Positions 15,661-23,688 are shown, counted from the stretch's first letter. The stretch is 32,000 nucleotides of DNA from Propionibacterium freudenreichii subsp. freudenreichii (GCF_000940845.1 NZ_CP010341.1:420001-452000), one strand, 5' to 3'. Notes: generated from the sequence alone by a model not told the origin. Numbers and translations are program-made.

Positions 15661-17040
15661 ATGAAGATCACACGAGCCCTGGCCGCCACTGCCACGCTGA
15701 CCGCGCTGTTGGTGGGCACCGGCGTTGCCGGGGCCGCCGCCGACGTCACCTGGGAATCATCGCCGGGACCCCACACCTTCAGCGTGGACGTCACCCCTGT
15801 TTCCTACATGGTCGACAGCTCCGGTGACGCCGCCCTGCGCGTGGAACACATCGTCGACGAGAACGGCCGGGCCTTGCTGTGCGCCCAGTTCGACCGGCCG
15901 TCGCCCTCGGGGACGCAGCTGCAGCCGTTGGGACGCGCCACTCCGCAACTTGCCTACCTGGCCAACCAGTTGGAGCATCCTGAGCTCAATCCTGACCTGG
16001 CCGGGCTGGACGCCATGCAGCAGTACTACGTGCTGCAATTCGTGGCCCACATGTATGACAGCCCCCATTTCGCCGCCTTCACCGATGTGCAGGACGGGCA
16101 ACGGGTCGCCGATCCGCATGGCCTGATCCCACGCATCACCGCGGTGAAGGCCAGGGCCGACGCCGCCTCGAATGGCGACTTCTTCGAGGGCCACAAGATC
16201 TCGGTGTCCGAGCCCGTCCCGGCCTCCGCCCTCGACGCCGAGGGATTCTGGCTGTCCGATCCGGTGACCGTGAGCGTGCAGGCCGGAAGCGCGCAGGTCA
16301 CCGTGAAGCCCACGTGGAATGAGGCGGCCACCGCGGCGGGCACCACACTGGTCGATGCCGCCACCGGCGCCCCGCTGGAGGCCGTCACCGACGGGGCACA
16401 GGTGCGGCTCAAGACCTCGGCCGACAAGCTGGCCGGTAGGGCCGGCCGGGTGGGCGTCACCCTCGACGCCAGCTTCGACGGGGGCACCGCCAAGATCGGA
16501 TATCTCTACGGCGGTGACGAGTCGGTGCAACAGATCGTCGGCTATGACGAGATCACCTACAACGAGCACCTGTCCACCGACATCTCCACCGCCTACACCC
16601 CGGTGCTCGGCTCACTGAGCGGCACGAAGGAGGGCGCGGCAGGCGAGCGGCTGGCCGGCGTGGAGTTCACGGTGAAGGACGCCGGGGGCACCGCGCTGAC
16701 AACCGTGACCACCGCATCGGACGGCACATTCACCGTCCCCGACGTGCCCTGGGGCACCTGGTTCATCCACGAGACCAAGACCCCGCAGGGTTATCTCCCC
16801 TTGTCACAGCCTGTCGAGGTGACCATCGACGGTGCCCACCGCCGCATTGACCTGCCGACCATCACCAACGACAAGGCCCCGGTGGCCAAGGGGCTGTCCA
16901 CCATCAACACCGGGCGGCCCCCATCTGACAATGCGCTGAACCCGGCGCTCGTCATTGCGGCGGGCGTCCTGCTGGGTGGCGGTGTCGGTGGTGGCGCCTG
17001 GTGCGTCGGAAGCCGTGTGACGCAGGCCATGGGCCACTGA
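15661..17040 (+). CDS. Secreted cell-surface protein with C-terminal CnaB/SpaA-type (prealbumin-fold) domain and C-terminal membrane anchor/sorting-like signal, 459 aa
   Basis: AAAGGA RBS. Signal peptide MKITRALAATATLTALLVGTGVAGAAA. CnaB-like LAGVEFTVKDAGGTALTTVTTASDGTFTVPDVPWGTWFIHETKTPQGY. C-terminus ...LSTINTGRPPSDNALNPALVIAAGVLLGGGVGGGAWCVGSR. A sortase gene lies immediately downstream. Confidence 0.75.
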   Translation: MKITRALAATATLTALLVGTGVAGAAADVTWESSPGPHTFSVDVTPVSYMVDSSGDAALRVEHIVDENGRALLCAQFDRPSPSGTQLQPLGRATPQLAYLANQLEHPELNPDLAGLDAMQQYYVLQFVAHMYDSPHFAAFTDVQDGQRVADPHGLIPRITAVKARADAASNGDFFEGHKISVSEPVPASALDAEGFWLSDPVTVSVQAGSAQVTVKPTWNEAATAAGTTLVDAATGAPLEAVTDGAQVRLKTSADKLAGRAGRVGVTLDASFDGGTAKIGYLYGGDESVQQIVGYDEITYNEHLSTDISTAYTPVLGSLSGTKEGAAGERLAGVEFTVKDAGGTALTTVTTASDGTFTVPDVPWGTWFIHETKTPQGYLPLSQPVEVTIDGAHRRIDLPTITNDKAPVAKGLSTINTGRPPSDNALNPALVIAAGVLLGGGVGGGAWCVGSRVTQAMGH

Positions 17041-17082
17041 CGCCAGGCCATGGGCCACTGACGCCAGGCCATGGGCCACCGA
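17021..17082. repeat. Three tandem copies of a 21-bp unit (CGCCAGGCCATGGGCCACTGA) spanning the surface-protein stop codon
   Basis: Copies at 17020-17040, 17041-17061 and 17062-17082. Copies 1 and 2 end in TGA and copy 3 ends in CGA. A degenerate partial copy follows (TGCCCACTGA). Confidence 0.9.
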
Positions 17083-17181
17083 TGCCCACTGATGCACAGT
17101 GCCGCGACGGAAAGTGCCGCGACGCGAGGGCGGAGAACGGGCGCCAGGGATGCGACGCGCCAGCAAGCAGGGGGAGTAGCG

Positions 17182-17916
17182 ATGAGGATGTCGACGGGTC
17201 CGCACCTGAGGGCTGCCCGCAGGTGGCGGCGGGGCCGGTTGTGGGCGGTGCTGGTGACCGTTGCGCTCGTCGCGGCGGGCGTCGCCCTGTTCCAGCACCG
17301 CATCCTGTTCCAGCACCGCGCACCGGGAGTGGCCGCTGAGCCGGTGCCGGGCATCACGACGAATGGTTCCGTGGTGGCGACGGGGGAACCGCGCACCGAC
17401 TCGGCGCCGCTTCCCCCGGCCCCGTTCGTGGCCGCGCGCCCGACCCCGGAAGCAGCCGTGGCGCTGGAGGTCGCGGCCGACCGGTTGGTGATCCCGTCAC
17501 TGGGCGTTGATGCCCCGCTGCTGGCGGCCCCGCTCGGCGAGGACGGATCGCTGGCCGTTCCCGATGACCCGCAGCAGGTGGGCGTCTCCACGATCGCCGC
17601 ACCCGTTGCCAGCTCGGCGGGAACCACCCTGCTGGCCGGCCATGTGAACATGCAGCGGGTTCCCGGCGCCCTGTGGAAGCTGTCCCAGATATTGCCCGGC
17701 GCCCGCATCATCACCACCGACCATGGCGGCGTCCGGCAGGAATGGATCGTCGACGGGCTCACCGTGCATCCCAAGCAGGGCCTGCCGGAGGGCCTCACCA
17801 ACACCACCGGCCGGCGGCGGCTGGCCGTGGTCACCTGCGGTGGCGAGGTGCACGACGGCCAGTACGAGAAGAATGTGATCGCCTGGGCACGCAGTGCCCC
17901 CACATCGGGCACCTGA
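17182..17916 (+). CDS. Class F sortase (transpeptidase), 244 aa
   Basis: GGGGAG RBS 5 nt before ATG 17182. N-terminal TM LWAVLVTVALVAAGVALF. LVIPSLGVDAPL, catalytic His in LLAGHVN, catalytic Cys in LAVVTCGG, and a conserved Arg near the C-terminus (NVIAWAR). Confidence 0.85.
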   Translation: MRMSTGPHLRAARRWRRGRLWAVLVTVALVAAGVALFQHRILFQHRAPGVAAEPVPGITTNGSVVATGEPRTDSAPLPPAPFVAARPTPEAAVALEVAADRLVIPSLGVDAPLLAAPLGEDGSLAVPDDPQQVGVSTIAAPVASSAGTTLLAGHVNMQRVPGALWKLSQILPGARIITTDHGGVRQEWIVDGLTVHPKQGLPEGLTNTTGRRRLAVVTCGGEVHDGQYEKNVIAWARSAPTSGT

Positions 17917-17946
17917 GGGCAATCACCCGGCGCCAACACCGTCGCA

Positions 17947-17975
17947 TTGGGTAAAACGTCAGTGCCGGCTAATAC
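17947..17975 (+). promoter_or_regulatory. Candidate sigma-70-type promoter of dnaX (TTGGGT-17 nt-TAATAC)
   Basis: -35 TTGGGT at 17947-17952, exactly 17 nt of spacer, and -10 TAATAC at 17970-17975. The in-frame GTG at 17986 lies 10 nt downstream, which would give a near-leaderless start. Confidence 0.4.
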
Positions 17976-17985
17976 TCTTGGGGTC

Positions 17986-20900
17986 GTGGATGGCGATCTG
18001 GATCCCGAGGGCCACGAGGCACCTGAGGACGATTTCTTCGAGCAGGACGGTCCTGCCCTGTTCGACGATGCCGCCAGCACCGAATCCACCAGCGCGGACA
18101 GCACGAAGGGAACCATGGCGAACAGCACCGATACCGGCGGCGTGGACGCACCACGCGACGAGCCCCTGGCGTCCGGTGAGATCCCGACGCCGGATGCCCC
18201 GGTGGCTGCTACGCCCGACGCGCCTGCGCCCGACAACGACCCGGGGGCGCCGCTGGCGCTCTACCGGCGCTATCGTCCCGACACCTTCGAGCAGGTGATC
18301 GGTCAGGACCATGTGACCCTGCCGTTGCAGCGTGCGATCGCCAACAACCGGGTGAGCCATGCCTACCTGTTCAGCGGCCCGCGCGGCTGCGGCAAGACCA
18401 CCTGTGCCCGCATCCTTGCGCGCTGCCTCAACTGCGAGAACGGCCCCACGCCCACTCCCTGCGGCCATTGCACGAGCTGCCGTGAACTGGCCACCGGAGG
18501 GCCCGGCAGCATCGACGTGATCGAGATCGACGCCGCCTCCCATGGCCGCGTCGACGACGCCCGCGAGCTGCGCGAGGGCATCTTCTTCGCACCGGTGCAA
18601 TCGCGCTTCAAGATCTACATCATCGACGAGGCCCACATGGTCACCAAGGAGGGCTTCAACGCGCTGCTGAAGGTGGTGGAGGAGCCGCCGCCGCACGTGA
18701 AGTTCATCTTCGCCACCACCGAGCCCGACAAGGTGATCGGCACCATCCGCTCGCGCACCCACCACTATCCCTTCCGGCTGGTGCCCCCGAAGGTGCTCAC
18801 CGACTACCTCGAGAAGATCTGCGTCGAGGAACACGTGCAGGTTGAGCCCGGCGTCCTGCCACTCGTGGTGCGTGCCGGCGCCGGATCGGTGCGTGACTCG
18901 CTGTCGGTGCTCGACCAGCTGCTCGGCTCGGCCGGTGCCGACGGCGTCAGTTACCAGCAGGCCACCTCGTTGCTCGGCTACACCCCCGATGCCCTGCTCG
19001 ACGAGATGGTCGACGCGCTGGCCGCCGGTGACGGCAAGGGCGTCTTCGGCACCATCGACAAGGTGATCGAGATCGGCCAGGACCCGCGACGGTTCGCCGA
19101 GGACCTGTTGCAGCGGCTGCGCGATCTGGTGATCGTGGCCGACGTGCCCGACGCCCTGAGCTCCGGCCTGATCGACGTGGCCGCCGACCAGGCGCAGCGC
19201 TTCGAACACCAGGCGGCACTGATCGGGCCCGGGGAACTCACGCGGGCCGCCGAGGTGATCGCCAGCGGCCTCACCCACATGCGGGGCACCACCGCGCCCC
19301 GACTGCACCTCGAACTGATGTGCGCACGCATCCTGCTTCCCGGCGCCGACGTGGACGGACGCGGCACCCACGCGCGCCTCGACCGGCTGGAACGTCGCGT
19401 CGGAATGCCCGGCGTGGCCGAGGAGCCCGCCGTCGAGCAGCCCGCGCCACCCCAGTGGGACGACCAGGCCAATGTCAGTCGAGACCCCCATGCCGACGCC
19501 CAACCCGGCGTCGACGACCAGCAGGGTGCCCGCACCCGACAGCGCTCCGTGCGCGACGGTGGTTCAGGGCTCAGCGGTGTGGGCCTGGCAGGTCCCGGCT
19601 ATGCCGACCGAGCGAACCAGACCCAGATGGGCAATGCTCCCGGTACCGCCGCCGGCATGGGTGTCGGTGCGCCCACCGGTGGTGGTCATGCCGCCACGGC
19701 CCGTCAACGCCCCGCCGTCGATCAGACGGTCGCCCCGGCATCCGGTGCGCCCCGCCAACAGCGGCCGGCTGCCGGCCCCGCGCCTGACGGGCAGGCGACG
19801 CCGCCCGGCAACGCTTCTCGCGGCCATGCTGGGCCCACCGATACTGGGCCCACCAGCGCCGGGCCCGGTATCGCCGCGTCTGATCAGGCTGCGTCCGATC
19901 ACCCTGCGCCGACCGACAACCTCGGGGACAGCCCGAACGCCGGCACATCGCACGCCACCGCCGCTGATGGCGCAGCGACCGGGGTCAATACGAACGCCGA
20001 CAACGCCCCGGGCGCCGACAACGCCGGGCCGGCCGGGCCCGCCCCGCAGGCCACGGGTGCGCAAGCCCCGTCGTCGGGGGATTCGTTCCCGGCGCAGGCT
20101 CCTTCCTCCGCTGCCGGCCGCCTGAACACCGCCGAGGTGCGCAGGCTGTGGCCGGAGGTGCTCACTGCGGTGAAGGGCCGCCGTCGCTTCACCTGGATTC
20201 TGCTCAGCCAGAATGCGCAGGTGCTGCAGGCCGACGTCGACGGCCTGTCGCTGGCCTTCAACTCGGCCGGCGCCCGGGACAGCTTCCAGAACGGTGGCTC
20301 CAACGACGTGCTGCGGGAAGCCCTGATCGACGTGCTCGGCGCCGACCTGCCGATCCACTGCGTGGTGGAGGGTACGGCCGCCATGAACGAGGCGCGTGGG
20401 GGAGAACCTGCCAGGCAGCGCCCAGCGCCGACCCAACAACAGGCGCCAACCCAACACCCGACATCGACCCAACACCAGGCACCCGCCCAGCAGCAGGCGC
20501 CGACCCAGCACGAGGCACCAGCCGGGCATTCGGCGCCCCAGGACCAGGCCGCGCCCCAGCGGCAACCCGGGGCTGGGCAACGTCCGGCCCCCGGTCAGGC
20601 GGAGCCTGATCAGTCGGGAACCGGCCCATCGGAACCGGCCCAACCGGCGTCCGACAAGCGGGAAGGCGGCCACCAAGGCCCCCCAGCTGAGGGCGGCGAG
20701 CGTGCGGGGGGCTCGTCGCAGCAACACCAGTCGCAGCAACACCGGGATGACGCGGATCAGCACCTGGCCGATCCGCCGGAGGTCCCGCGCCAACGTGCCG
20801 CGCAAGCCGGATCCCCCGGGGATGACGGGAGCCATGGAGCGACGGGAGTTCCCGATGACGCTGCACCGGCCCGCCGCAATGGCCGTCGTCGCCATGTGAT

Positions 20901-21390
20901 CCCCGATCTCGGCGAGGTCGCGTCGTCGATGCCCACCGAGCAGCGCGATCCGGGGTGGGACCCGTGGGCCACGCCGCAGGGCGACGCAGGCCAGCCCGAT
21001 CCACACGGGACTGGCTCATTTGGGACTGGCCCATCTGGGACCGGTTCACCCAATGCCGGCCCGAACGGTGCCGGTTCAGCAGGTGCTGGTCCCAACGGGT
21101 CCGGCACACGCTCCTCAACCACCGATGGAACATCCACCGACGGGCCGCAGGCGGCGGGTCACGCGGGCCCCCGGAACAACGCCGCGGCACCCGGTGCTTC
21201 CGGCCGCGCCCCGGAGCCCCACCATGAGATCCGCTGGGAGGTGCCCCTGCCCGACGACGAGCCGCCCTACGATCCCGATGCCGATGTGAGCATGAGCGAT
21301 CCCAACGTCGACGAGACCGGGAAGTCGGCCGCGGAGCTGATCATCTCCGAGCTCGACGCCGAGGTGATCGAGGAGATCGAGCACGGCTGA
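17986..21390 (+). CDS. dnaX: DNA polymerase III subunits gamma/tau
   Basis: LYRRYRPDTFEQVIGQDHV, GPRGCGKTT (Walker A), zinc module CENGPTPTPCGHCTSC, IYIIDEAHM, SRTHHYPF. Conserved C-terminal tail SAAELIISELDAEVIEEIE. The start is uncertain: GTG 17986, ATG 18115 (GAAGGGA upstream), or the track's TTG 17947, which overlaps the putative promoter. Confidence 0.85.
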   Translation: MDGDLDPEGHEAPEDDFFEQDGPALFDDAASTESTSADSTKGTMANSTDTGGVDAPRDEPLASGEIPTPDAPVAATPDAPAPDNDPGAPLALYRRYRPDTFEQVIGQDHVTLPLQRAIANNRVSHAYLFSGPRGCGKTTCARILARCLNCENGPTPTPCGHCTSCRELATGGPGSIDVIEIDAASHGRVDDARELREGIFFAPVQSRFKIYIIDEAHMVTKEGFNALLKVVEEPPPHVKFIFATTEPDKVIGTIRSRTHHYPFRLVPPKVLTDYLEKICVEEHVQVEPGVLPLVVRAGAGSVRDSLSVLDQLLGSAGADGVSYQQATSLLGYTPDALLDEMVDALAAGDGKGVFGTIDKVIEIGQDPRRFAEDLLQRLRDLVIVADVPDALSSGLIDVAADQAQRFEHQAALIGPGELTRAAEVIASGLTHMRGTTAPRLHLELMCARILLPGADVDGRGTHARLDRLERRVGMPGVAEEPAVEQPAPPQWDDQANVSRDPHADAQPGVDDQQGARTRQRSVRDGGSGLSGVGLAGPGYADRANQTQMGNAPGTAAGMGVGAPTGGGHAATARQRPAVDQTVAPASGAPRQQRPAAGPAPDGQATPPGNASRGHAGPTDTGPTSAGPGIAASDQAASDHPAPTDNLGDSPNAGTSHATAADGAATGVNTNADNAPGADNAGPAGPAPQATGAQAPSSGDSFPAQAPSSAAGRLNTAEVRRLWPEVLTAVKGRRRFTWILLSQNAQVLQADVDGLSLAFNSAGARDSFQNGGSNDVLREALIDVLGADLPIHCVVEGTAAMNEARGGEPARQRPAPTQQQAPTQHPTSTQHQAPAQQQAPTQHEAPAGHSAPQDQAAPQRQPGAGQRPAPGQAEPDQSGTGPSEPAQPASDKREGGHQGPPAEGGERAGGSSQQHQSQQHRDDADQHLADPPEVPRQRAAQAGSPGDDGSHGATGVPDDAAPARRNGRRRHVIPDLGEVASSMPTEQRDPGWDPWATPQGDAGQPDPHGTGSFGTGPSGTGSPNAGPNGAGSAGAGPNGSGTRSSTTDGTSTDGPQAAGHAGPRNNAAAPGASGRAPEPHHEIRWEVPLPDDEPPYDPDADVSMSDPNVDETGKSAAELIISELDAEVIEEIEHG

Positions 21391-21400
21391 GACCGCCACG

Positions 21401-21465
21401 GCACCACACTGCACGGGGCTCCGCACCACACCGCACAGGGCTCCGCACCACACCGCAGGGCTCTG
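21401..21465. repeat. Three tandem copies of a 22-bp unit (GCACCACACYGCACRGGGCTCC) just after the dnaX stop
   Basis: Copies at 21401-21422, 21423-21444 and 21445-21465. The last is 21 nt and slightly diverged. Followed by the small hairpin GTGGG-TGCC-CCCAC. Confidence 0.85.
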
Positions 21466-21640
21466 CCCGGGGATTTGTGGGTGCCCCCACGTAGAATGAA
21501 CAAGCCGGTTGGCCCGCCGACGGCCTGCGTGCCCCGCACATCCCGGTGCGCGGTGGCCCGGGCAAGGGCGGCACCGGCAGCGAACGTAGTGCATCGACTC
21601 AACGCGTCAGGCACGCTGGCGAACTTGTGAAAGGCATCAG

Positions 21641-21949
21641 ATGTTTCCTGAAGGCATGGACATGAACGCGCTCCTCGAGCAGGCCCAGCAGATGCAGGTG
21701 CAGCTGCAGCAGGCCCGCGACGACCTACAGGACGCCAGCTTCTCCGGCACCTCCGGCGGCGGCCTGGTGGAGGCAACCGTCACCGGCGGTGGCGTGCTCA
21801 CCGGCCTGGTGATCAAGCCCGAGGCCATCGACCCCGATGACGCCGAGGGCCTGGCCGACCTGGTGGTGGCCGCCGTGCGCGATGCCACCTCGAAGGCCGC
21901 ACAGGAAGCCGAGAAAGTGATGCCTGACCTGGGATCGCTGGGTCTTTGA
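21641..21949 (+). CDS. ybaB: YbaB/EbfC-family nucleoid-associated protein, 102 aa
   Basis: [22 protein letters not shown]...[41 protein letters not shown]. Conserved position between dnaX and recR. Confidence 0.9.
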   Translation: MFPEGMDMNALLEQAQQMQVQLQQARDDLQDASFSGTSGGGLVEATVTGGGVLTGLVIKPEAIDPDDAEGLADLVVAAVRDATSKAAQEAEKVMPDLGSLGL

Positions 21950-21950
21950 C

Positions 21951-22577
21951 GTGTACGACGGACCTATCCAGGATCTGATCGACGAGCTCGGCAGGCTGCC
22001 GGGCGTGGGCCCCAAGAGCGCCCAGCGCATCGCCTTCTGGCTGCTCGACCAGCCCCAGGCCGACGTGGAGCAGCTGGCCAATACGCTGCGCACGGTGAAG
22101 GAGGGCACCCACCTGTGCTCGATCTGCTTCAACGTGACCGACTCCGACATCTGCCGCATCTGCCGCGACCCGCGTCGCGACCACAGCTCCATCTGCGTGG
22201 TCGAGGAGTCCAAGGACGTGATGGCCATTGAGCGCACCCGCGAATTCCGCGGGCTCTACCACGTGCTCGGTGGCTCGATCAGCCCGATCGACGGCCGTGG
22301 CCCCGGCGACCTGCGCATCGCCGAACTCGTGCGACGCCTGCAGGACCCGAAGGTCTCCGAGATCATCCTGGCCACCGACCCCAACCTCGAGGGTGACGCC
22401 ACCGCCACCTACATCTCGCGGCTGCTCGGCGAGACGCCCGGCATCCGCGTGAGCCGGCTGGCCTCCGGGCTGCCCGTGGGCGGCGACCTCGAATACGCCG
22501 ACGAGGTGACGCTGGGCCGCGCCTTCAGCGGCCGTCGCTATGTCAACGACGAGGAACCGGCCGACCAGAGCGCCTGA
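21951..22577 (+). CDS. recR: Recombination protein RecR, 208 aa
   Basis: GTG start 1 nt after the ybaB stop. [14 protein letters not shown] (HhH), zinc finger [16 protein letters not shown], and Toprim region [16 protein letters not shown]...[14 protein letters not shown]. Confidence 0.92.
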   Translation: MYDGPIQDLIDELGRLPGVGPKSAQRIAFWLLDQPQADVEQLANTLRTVKEGTHLCSICFNVTDSDICRICRDPRRDHSSICVVEESKDVMAIERTREFRGLYHVLGGSISPIDGRGPGDLRIAELVRRLQDPKVSEIILATDPNLEGDATATYISRLLGETPGIRVSRLASGLPVGGDLEYADEVTLGRAFSGRRYVNDEEPADQSA

Positions 22578-22600
22578 CCCCGCCCGGGGCCCCGGTGCTC

Positions 22601-23410
22601 TCAGGCGTCCAGCGGCACGTCGTCGGGGCCAAGGTCGTCGGGGCCCAGCTCCTCGGGGGCGCGGCACATCTCGGTCATCAGGCGCACCGCGAAGGCACCC
22701 AGCGTGCCGACGATCCACAGGTCCACCGACGGGTCACCGGCGCCCACCTCAAACGACCAGGCATAGCCGTGGGCCATGCCCGAATAGCAGTGGAAGACCC
22801 ACAACGCCGCCTCGCGCACGGTGGGTGCGAACTCGGCGGGTAGCCCCGCCGGACCGGCCGCCTCACTGATGGCCTGTGCCATCTCGCGCAGCATCGCCCG
22901 TTCGCCCCGGATGCGCGACAGCTTCTGCACCGTCTTGTTGGCCGACTTCACCTCGGCGAGGAACTCGTCGCTGGGACGCAGGCTGTGCAGCTGGGTGAAC
23001 TCGTGGGCCTCCTCCATGCCCTGCAACAGGCTGCCGCTCTCCTGTGAGATCACCTGCAGGCAGTGGGCGAGGCGCACCTCGTCGTCCTCGGCACCCAGCG
23101 CATAGATCACGCGTCCGGAGGCAAGCAGCAGGGAGCGGGCCAGGATCAGCACGGCCGGCCCGGGGCCCCGGGGCTGCTCCCCGAACAGGGCGTCACCCAT
23201 CGAGCGGGCGCATTCCTGGGCGGTACGCACCGCCTGCTGCAATGAATTCGTCAGCCCCACCACCGCGGCGTCGGGCATTTCCTTGTCGAGGCGGTCCAGT
23301 TCGGAGCCGGGCCTGGGCTGCGGCACCTGTGAGCCGGTGAGCATGAGCAGCGACTTCTCGATGGCCATCCACGCGTCCTGCGCGTCGGGAGGCGGCTGCC
23401 AAGGTTGCAT
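22601..23410 (-). CDS. Hypothetical protein, 269 aa, predicted mostly helical; no family recognised
   Basis: ATG 23410 with AAGGG upstream (MQPWQPPPDAQDAWMAIEKS...). G/C-rich third codon positions. Convergent with recR (23-nt gap) and divergent from the ileS leader. Confidence 0.55.
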   Translation of the reverse strand: MQPWQPPPDAQDAWMAIEKSLLMLTGSQVPQPRPGSELDRLDKEMPDAAVVGLTNSLQQAVRTAQECARSMGDALFGEQPRGPGPAVLILARSLLLASGRVIYALGAEDDEVRLAHCLQVISQESGSLLQGMEEAHEFTQLHSLRPSDEFLAEVKSANKTVQKLSRIRGERAMLREMAQAISEAAGPAGLPAEFAPTVREAALWVFHCYSGMAHGYAWSFEVGAGDPSVDLWIVGTLGAFAVRLMTEMCRAPEELGPDDLGPDDVPLDA

Positions 23411-23454
23411 GGTTTGACCCTTGCATCCAGTGGGCGGCCATGGCAAGGGGAATC

Positions 23455-23688
23455 CTGCACGCGACTAGACTTGCCACGTCGCAAGGCGTCGACGGGGCGA
23501 TCACCCCCGAGCCGCCGGAAGAACCGCCCCCTTCGGGCCCAGTAGAACCGGCAGCGGCCGCAAAGCAAGTGGGAACGCCTCCGGGCGTCTCCAAGAAGGG
23601 TGGTACCGCGGGCCACCACGGCGTTGCACGCCGAGGTCTCTCGTCCCTTCGTGAACCACGTCCCAGACGTAGACGACGAAGAGGAACG
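23455..23688 (+). promoter_or_regulatory. T-box riboswitch leader (Ile specifier), probably translational
   Basis: Exact T-box core GGGTGGTACCGCG at 23598-23610. Candidate specifier AUC followed by A at 23500-23503 in GGGG-CGAUCA-CCCC. CCCTTC (23645-23650) can pair either with GAAGGG (23595-23600) or with the SD-containing GAAGAGG (23678-23684). There is no U-tract terminator before ATG 23689. The 5' boundary is approximate. Confidence 0.8.

Noticed and set aside
10056-15827. Long alternative ORFs over the nirK cluster (10056-11069 -, 11600-12502 -, 12592-13422 -, 12762-14093 +, 14428-15480 -, 14487-15827 +)
   Set aside because: Each overlaps a frame with clear protein features (wHTH, TM helices, cupredoxin/NirK Cu ligands). 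The alternatives translate to Arg/Pro/Gly-rich sequences without hydrophobic periodicity.
17038-17061. TGA codons in the adhesin-sortase repeat considered as selenocysteine or programmed read-through sites
   Set aside because: No SECIS-like hairpin follows them. The sortase has its own strong RBS and ATG at 17182, so separate translation is the simpler reading.
17917-18114. Searched the region immediately upstream of dnaX for the SRP RNA
   Set aside because: No GGAA-tetraloop/AGCA domain IV motif occurs on either strand there. The convincing candidate is at 9853-9947 instead.
16791-21006. Antisense ORFs 16791-18236, 17959-19503 and 19564-21006
   Set aside because: They are antisense to the surface protein, sortase and dnaX. 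The apparent peptide repeat WPMAWRQWPMAWRQ is simply the reverse reading of the 21-bp DNA tandem repeat.
17021-21465. Tandem repeats at 17021-17082 and 21401-21465 considered as a mini CRISPR array belonging to the cas operon
   Set aside because: The units are directly adjacent with no unique spacers. They are only 21-22 bp long, number only three copies, and lie more than 9 kb from the cas genes on the other side of unrelated genes. They are simple tandem repeats.
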